Shown here: one piece after another, positions 28,028 to 32,000 of the stretch | Layout of the letters: each line of letters begins with the position of its first letter | Numbering within the stretch: position 1 is the first letter of the stretch | Source: Sinorhizobium meliloti | Lineage (GTDB): Bacteria; Pseudomonadota; Alphaproteobacteria; Rhizobiales; Rhizobiaceae | Assembly: GCF_017876815.1 (NCBI RefSeq) | Contig: NZ_JAGIOS010000001.1 | Coordinates: 2,700,001-2,732,000, forward strand | Direction of reading: 5' to 3' | Length of the DNA: 32,000 bases | Made by a program: the position numbers and the translations under genes | Notes under the pieces: generated by a model | Database searches by the model: none | What the model was told of the DNA's origin: nothing | The model's input: the letters and a program-made list of their open reading frames with translations, nothing else

Positions 28028-28423
28028 ATGCTCAGAACGCTCGATATTGTCCTGATCGTCATCATGACGGCGGCCGCGACGGTCACCTACACGATCAAGC
28101 ATAAGGCCGAGAACAAGCTCGAAGAGGTGCGCAGGCTCGATGCGGCGATAAAGCTCGAAGAGGACACGATCGATCTGCTCAAGGCCGACTGGGCGCTTCT
28201 GACCCAGCCGAACCGGCTGGAGAGGCTGGTGACTGTCTTTGCAGCCGACCTGCAACTCGCGCCGACCCCCTCGACGCAGCTGGCGCGGCCGGAGGAGCTG
28301 CCGATGCTGAGGGCCGATCTGCCTCCTTCCGAAGAGGACAAGAAGGCCAAGGACAAGGCGGCCGACAATATCGCCGCCGTCATCGAGGCCGATAATATCG
28401 CAACAGGTTCGGTGGCGCGCTGA
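28028..28423 (+). CDS. ftsL: cell division protein FtsL (alpha-proteobacterial type)
   Basis: 131 aa with an N-terminal TM (LDIVLIVIMTAAATVTYTI) followed by a coiled coil. Its position between rsmH and ftsI is conserved. Its stop overlaps the ftsI start (TGATG). Confidence 0.8.
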   Translation: MLRTLDIVLIVIMTAAATVTYTIKHKAENKLEEVRRLDAAIKLEEDTIDLLKADWALLTQPNRLERLVTVFAADLQLAPTPSTQLARPEELPMLRADLPPSEEDKKAKDKAADNIAAVIEADNIATGSVAR

Positions 28424-30171
28424 TGTCGTTTCTCTCTCGTATCATGGTGCTGAAGAGCAAGGCGCATTTTTCGGCGGGCGGCAATAATCGCCCTGCCGAC
28501 AGCGGGCTCAACGTCGCTTTCGAAGGAACGCGCAAGAAGAGCGCAAGCCGGGCGAAAAGCCGGGTAGCGATCATCATCGCCAGTTTCGGCCTCGTCTATG
28601 CGGTGATCGGAGGGCGCCTCGTCCAATACGGTCTCGCGCAGCCGGAAACGGTTTCCTCGATCGGCCGCGCCGACAGTCTCATGGCCTCGCGGCCGGATAT
28701 TCTCGACCGCAACGGAGAGGTTCTCGCAACCGATATCCGTACCGTCTCGCTCTATGCGGAGCCGCACAAGATCGTCGATGCCGACGAGGCGGTGGAGCGT
28801 TTGGCGACGGTGCTTCCCGATCTCAACGCACGCGAGATATACAACAAGCTCAAGTCGAATTCGCGCTTTCAATGGCTGCGCCGGCAACTGACGCCGAAGC
28901 AGCAGAGCGAAATACTCGCGCTCGGCATCCCCGGCATCGGCTTCCGCCCGGAGAAGCGGCGCTTCTATCCGGGCGGGCCGACTGCCGCCCACATTCTCGG
29001 TCACGTCAACATAGACAACCGCGGCGTCGCCGGCATGGAGCGCTACATAGACGAGCAGGGCCTCGCCGATCTTGCGGCGATCGGAATGACCAGCGATGCC
29101 AAGCTCGAACCGGTCAGGCTTTCGATCGACGTGCGCGTACAGAACATCGTGCGCGACGTCATCGACGCGGGCATGAAGAACTACCAGGCGATTGCCGCCG
29201 GTGCCGTCGTGCTCGACGTCCATACCGGCGAGGTGCTGGCCATGGCCTCCGTGCCGGATTACGACCCGAACAGGCCTGCGGAAGGCGCAGAAGAGGGCTG
29301 GATGAACCGCATGTCGAACGGCACGTTCGAGATGGGCTCCACCTTCAAGACCTTCACCATCGCCATGGGCCTCGACTCCGGCAAGGTGACGCTCAACGAC
29401 AGTTTCGATGCGACGGCGCCGATCCGCATCGGCGGCTTCACGATCAAGGACTTCCACGGCAAGCGCCGCGTGCTCACAGTGCCGGAAATCTTCCAGTATT
29501 CCTCGAATATCGGCACCGCCAAGATCGCCGACCTGATCGGCATTCCGGGCCACAAGGAGTTCCTCACCCGGATAGGCCTGCTGACGAGGCTTCCGACCGA
29601 ACTGCCGGAAGTCAAGGCGCCAAGCCAGCCGCGCGAGTGGAAGAAGATCAACTCGATCACGATCTCCTTCGGCCACGGCGTTTCGACGACGCCGCTGCAG
29701 ACGGCGGTCGCAGGTGCCGCGCTGGTCAATGGCGGCAAACTCATCCCTCCGACCTTCCTGCCGCGCAGCGAGGAAGCGGCGAGCGAACTCGCGAGCGCCG
29801 TGGTCAAGAAGAGCACCAGCGAAGACATGCGCTATCTGCTTCGCTGGAACGGCATTGCCGGTTCCGGCAAGCGGGCGCTCGTTCCGGGTTTCAATGTCGG
29901 CGGCAAGACCGGCACGGCCGACAAGGTCGTCAACGGCCGCTATGCCAGCGACCTGAACTTCAATGCCTTCCTTGCGGCGTTTCCGATCGACGATCCCAAA
30001 TACATGGTGCTGACCTTCATCGACGCGCCGAAGACCGGCGAAGGCGGGGGACGCACGGCCGGTTCGAATGCCGCCCCGATGGTGCGCGACATCATCAGCC
30101 GCTCCGCTCCGCTGCTCGGCGTGGAGCCGAAATTCGGAGAAGACGGTTCTGCCTTGCTTGTGTCTTATTGA
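28423..30171 (+). CDS. ftsI: peptidoglycan D,D-transpeptidase FtsI (class B PBP)
   Basis: 582 aa with a TM anchor. Motifs are SxxK (STFK), SxN (SSN) and KTG (KTGTA), plus a PBP dimerisation domain N-terminal to the transpeptidase. Confidence 0.9.
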   Translation: MSFLSRIMVLKSKAHFSAGGNNRPADSGLNVAFEGTRKKSASRAKSRVAIIIASFGLVYAVIGGRLVQYGLAQPETVSSIGRADSLMASRPDILDRNGEVLATDIRTVSLYAEPHKIVDADEAVERLATVLPDLNAREIYNKLKSNSRFQWLRRQLTPKQQSEILALGIPGIGFRPEKRRFYPGGPTAAHILGHVNIDNRGVAGMERYIDEQGLADLAAIGMTSDAKLEPVRLSIDVRVQNIVRDVIDAGMKNYQAIAAGAVVLDVHTGEVLAMASVPDYDPNRPAEGAEEGWMNRMSNGTFEMGSTFKTFTIAMGLDSGKVTLNDSFDATAPIRIGGFTIKDFHGKRRVLTVPEIFQYSSNIGTAKIADLIGIPGHKEFLTRIGLLTRLPTELPEVKAPSQPREWKKINSITISFGHGVSTTPLQTAVAGAALVNGGKLIPPTFLPRSEEAASELASAVVKKSTSEDMRYLLRWNGIAGSGKRALVPGFNVGGKTGTADKVVNGRYASDLNFNAFLAAFPIDDPKYMVLTFIDAPKTGEGGGRTAGSNAAPMVRDIISRSAPLLGVEPKFGEDGSALLVSY

Positions 30172-30247
30172 CCGTGAAATGAAAGGCGGACGATTCGCGA
30201 TTCCGCTGCATGGCTCCCTGAACCCGGAGTCGATTCAAGGACGAGAC

Positions 30248-30306
30248 CATGCTGCATTCAAAGTGTTACGGCGACCTTTGCGCGTCTGAAAAGACGCACG
30301 GCGCTG
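30248..30306 (-). repeat. solitary module B copy of the mosaic repeat, located between ftsI and murE
   Basis: Its reverse complement, cagcgccgtgcgtcttttcagacgcgcaaaggtcgccgtaacactttgaatgcagcatg, is about 90% identical over about 48 nt to 2194-2241. On the + (dcw mRNA) strand it forms gcgcgtct-GAAA-agacgcac, with 7 of 8 stem positions paired and a GNRA loop. Confidence 0.8.
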
Positions 30307-30337
30307 TTGGATCATATCGATGTGAGACGTGCAGTTC

Positions 30338-31798
30338 ATGAAGATCACGGACCTGGCGGGATCGAATTTCCCGGAACTTTCGGCGCAGCTGAAGGGCGAC
30401 GCCGCGACCATCGAGATCGGCGGCATCACGGCCGATAGCCGGCAGGTCAAGCCCGGCGACCTCTTCGTCGCGGTCGCCGGATCGAAGGCGGACGGGGCTG
30501 CCTACATAGCGGACGCGCTGTCTCGCGGAGCTTCGGCGGTCGTCGCCGGAACCGGCACCCCGGCAGAAGCGGGTGCGCCCGTCTTTGCGATCTCCGACCC
30601 GCGCAGGTTCCTTGCAAAAGCGGCATCCAGCTTCTACGGACGCCAGCCGGAGACGATGGTGGCGGTCACGGGTACGGCCGGAAAGACGTCCGTTGCCTCC
30701 TTCACCCGGCAGATATGGGCGCATAGCGGTTTCTCGGCGGCGATGATCGGCACCACGGGGGTCGTGGCGCCCGGCCGCACCGAATACGGCTCGCTGACGA
30801 CCCCCGACCCGGTATCCCTGCACAAGCTGCTTGCCGAACTTGCCGACGAGGGCGTGACCCATGCGGCAATGGAGGCTTCGAGCCACGGGCTGGACCAGAG
30901 GCGGCTGGACGGGGTCGAGCTCGCGGCCGCCGCCTTCACCAATCTCGGCCGCGATCACATGGATTACCATCCGACTGTCGAGCACTACATGGCCTCCAAG
31001 ATGCGCCTCTTCGGGGCGCTCCTGCCGAAAGGTTCGCCGGCGGTGATCTTCGCAGACGACCAATGGTCCGCCGAGGCGATCGCTGCCGCTCGCAAGGCAG
31101 GCCACGATGTGCGAACCGTCGGGCGCAACGGCGATTTCATCGCGCTGAAGCGCGTCGAGCACTTCCGCCACAAGCAGTCGGCGGAAGTTCATGTCGGCGA
31201 CGACATCTACGAAATTCACGTTCCGCTCGCCGGTGATTTCCAGATCGCCAACGCGCTCGTTGCCGCGGGCCTCGCAATGTCCACCGGGATCACCGCAAAG
31301 GCGGCATTCTCGGCGCTGGAGAGGCTGCAGGGCGCTTCGGGGCGGCTGGAGCTCGTCGGACAGACGAAGGACGGTGCACTCGCCTATGTGGACTACGCCC
31401 ACAAGCCGGACGCACTCGCAAACGTGCTGGAGTCCGTGCGTCCCTTTACCACCGGCCGGGTCGTGGTGGTTTTCGGGTGCGGCGGCGACCGGGACAAGGG
31501 CAAGCGCCCGATCATGGGAGAGATTGCCAGCCGCCTCGCCGACGTCGTGATCGTCACCGACGACAATCCGCGCTCGGAAGTACCGGAAGTGATCCGTGCC
31601 GAGATCATGGCCGCGGCCAAGGGAGCTACGGAAATCGGCGATCGCGCCGAGGCGATCCGCGCGGCTGTCGGCATGCTGAAGACCGGCGATACGCTGATCG
31701 TTGCCGGAAAGGGGCATGAAGAGGGGCAGACGGTCGGTTCCGTGACGCTGCCTTTCTCCGACCACGCGGAGGTCCGCAAGGCACTGGGAGGTCTTTGA
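30338..31798 (+). CDS. murE: UDP-N-acetylmuramoyl-L-alanyl-D-glutamate--2,6-diaminopimelate ligase
   Basis: MKITDLAG..., [17 protein letters not shown]-loop GTAGKTS, and DNPR (TDDNPRSE) for meso-DAP specificity. ATG at 30338 is preferred; the track GTG at 30329 is possible. Confidence 0.9.
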   Translation: MKITDLAGSNFPELSAQLKGDAATIEIGGITADSRQVKPGDLFVAVAGSKADGAAYIADALSRGASAVVAGTGTPAEAGAPVFAISDPRRFLAKAASSFYGRQPETMVAVTGTAGKTSVASFTRQIWAHSGFSAAMIGTTGVVAPGRTEYGSLTTPDPVSLHKLLAELADEGVTHAAMEASSHGLDQRRLDGVELAAAAFTNLGRDHMDYHPTVEHYMASKMRLFGALLPKGSPAVIFADDQWSAEAIAAARKAGHDVRTVGRNGDFIALKRVEHFRHKQSAEVHVGDDIYEIHVPLAGDFQIANALVAAGLAMSTGITAKAAFSALERLQGASGRLELVGQTKDGALAYVDYAHKPDALANVLESVRPFTTGRVVVVFGCGGDRDKGKRPIMGEIASRLADVVIVTDDNPRSEVPEVIRAEIMAAAKGATEIGDRAEAIRAAVGMLKTGDTLIVAGKGHEEGQTVGSVTLPFSDHAEVRKALGGL

Positions 31799-31799
31799 T

Positions 31800-32000
31800 T
31801 TGAACTGGCTCTGGACAAGCAGCGATCTTCTGGCCGCGATGAACGGCCGCCCGGTCGGAAACCTGCCGGAAGGTATCACCGGCATTTCGATCGACAGCCG
31901 CACGATCGGCGACGGCGAGGCCTTTTTCGCGATCAGGGGCGATCGCGTCGACGGCCACGACTATGCCGGTATCGCGCTTGCAAACGGAGCCGCGCTCCTG
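31800..32000 (+). CDS. murF: UDP-N-acetylmuramoyl-tripeptide--D-alanyl-D-alanine ligase (N-terminal fragment, runs off the right edge)
   Basis: Open frame from the TTG at 31800 (1 nt after the murE stop): (M)NWLWTSSDLLAAMNGRPVGNLPEGITGISIDSRTIGDGEAFFAIRGDRVDGHDY, a typical MurF N-terminus. An ATG at 31839 is an alternative start. It is not in the track because it is open-ended. Confidence 0.8.
   Translation, partial: MNWLWTSSDLLAAMNGRPVGNLPEGITGISIDSRTIGDGEAFFAIRGDRVDGHDYAGIALANGAALL

Noticed and set aside
28087-31903. Large minus-strand ORFs 28087..29676 (529 aa) and 30266..31903 (545 aa)
   Set aside because: They are antisense to ftsI and murE, both of which have unambiguous catalytic motifs. 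The antisense products are low-complexity and Arg/Gly/Asp-rich.

Overview
High-GC (~62%) alpha-proteobacterial chromosomal DNA. Gene content and order (btaAB, pfp, RIME-like mosaic repeats, rnpB next to mraZ-rsmH-ftsL-ftsI-murE-murF) suggest Rhizobiaceae, probably Sinorhizobium/Ensifer; that assignment is an inference from memory of synteny and I could not verify it. The window is mostly core housekeeping. It runs from a partial secreted protein, through small-molecule and transport genes, ettA, a sahR-like regulator with metF, the btaAB betaine-lipid operon, several peptidoglycan hydrolases, pfp and RNase P RNA, into the 5' end of the dcw cluster. I see no CRISPR array, tRNA, rRNA, IS element, integrase, phage genes or recognisable defence system, so I cannot support a claim of a large novel system here. 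The points most worth a second look are: (1) four CCCAT repeats at exact 10-bp phasing over the putative mraZ promoter; (2) an RNase T2 homologue with its second catalytic motif substituted; (3) a frameshifted GH25 muramidase lipoprotein gene; (4) a 25-codon hydrophobic ORF with a strong Shine-Dalgarno sequence (SD) in an AT-rich 540-bp gap; (5) a modular palindromic repeat family with copies at three loci, one inside the dcw operon; (6) a perfect palindrome at the sahR-like start; and (7) an amidase with a peptidoglycan-binding domain but no signal peptide, translationally coupled to a TerB/J-domain protein. Many long ORFs in the track are antisense shadow ORFs typical of GC-rich DNA and were rejected.
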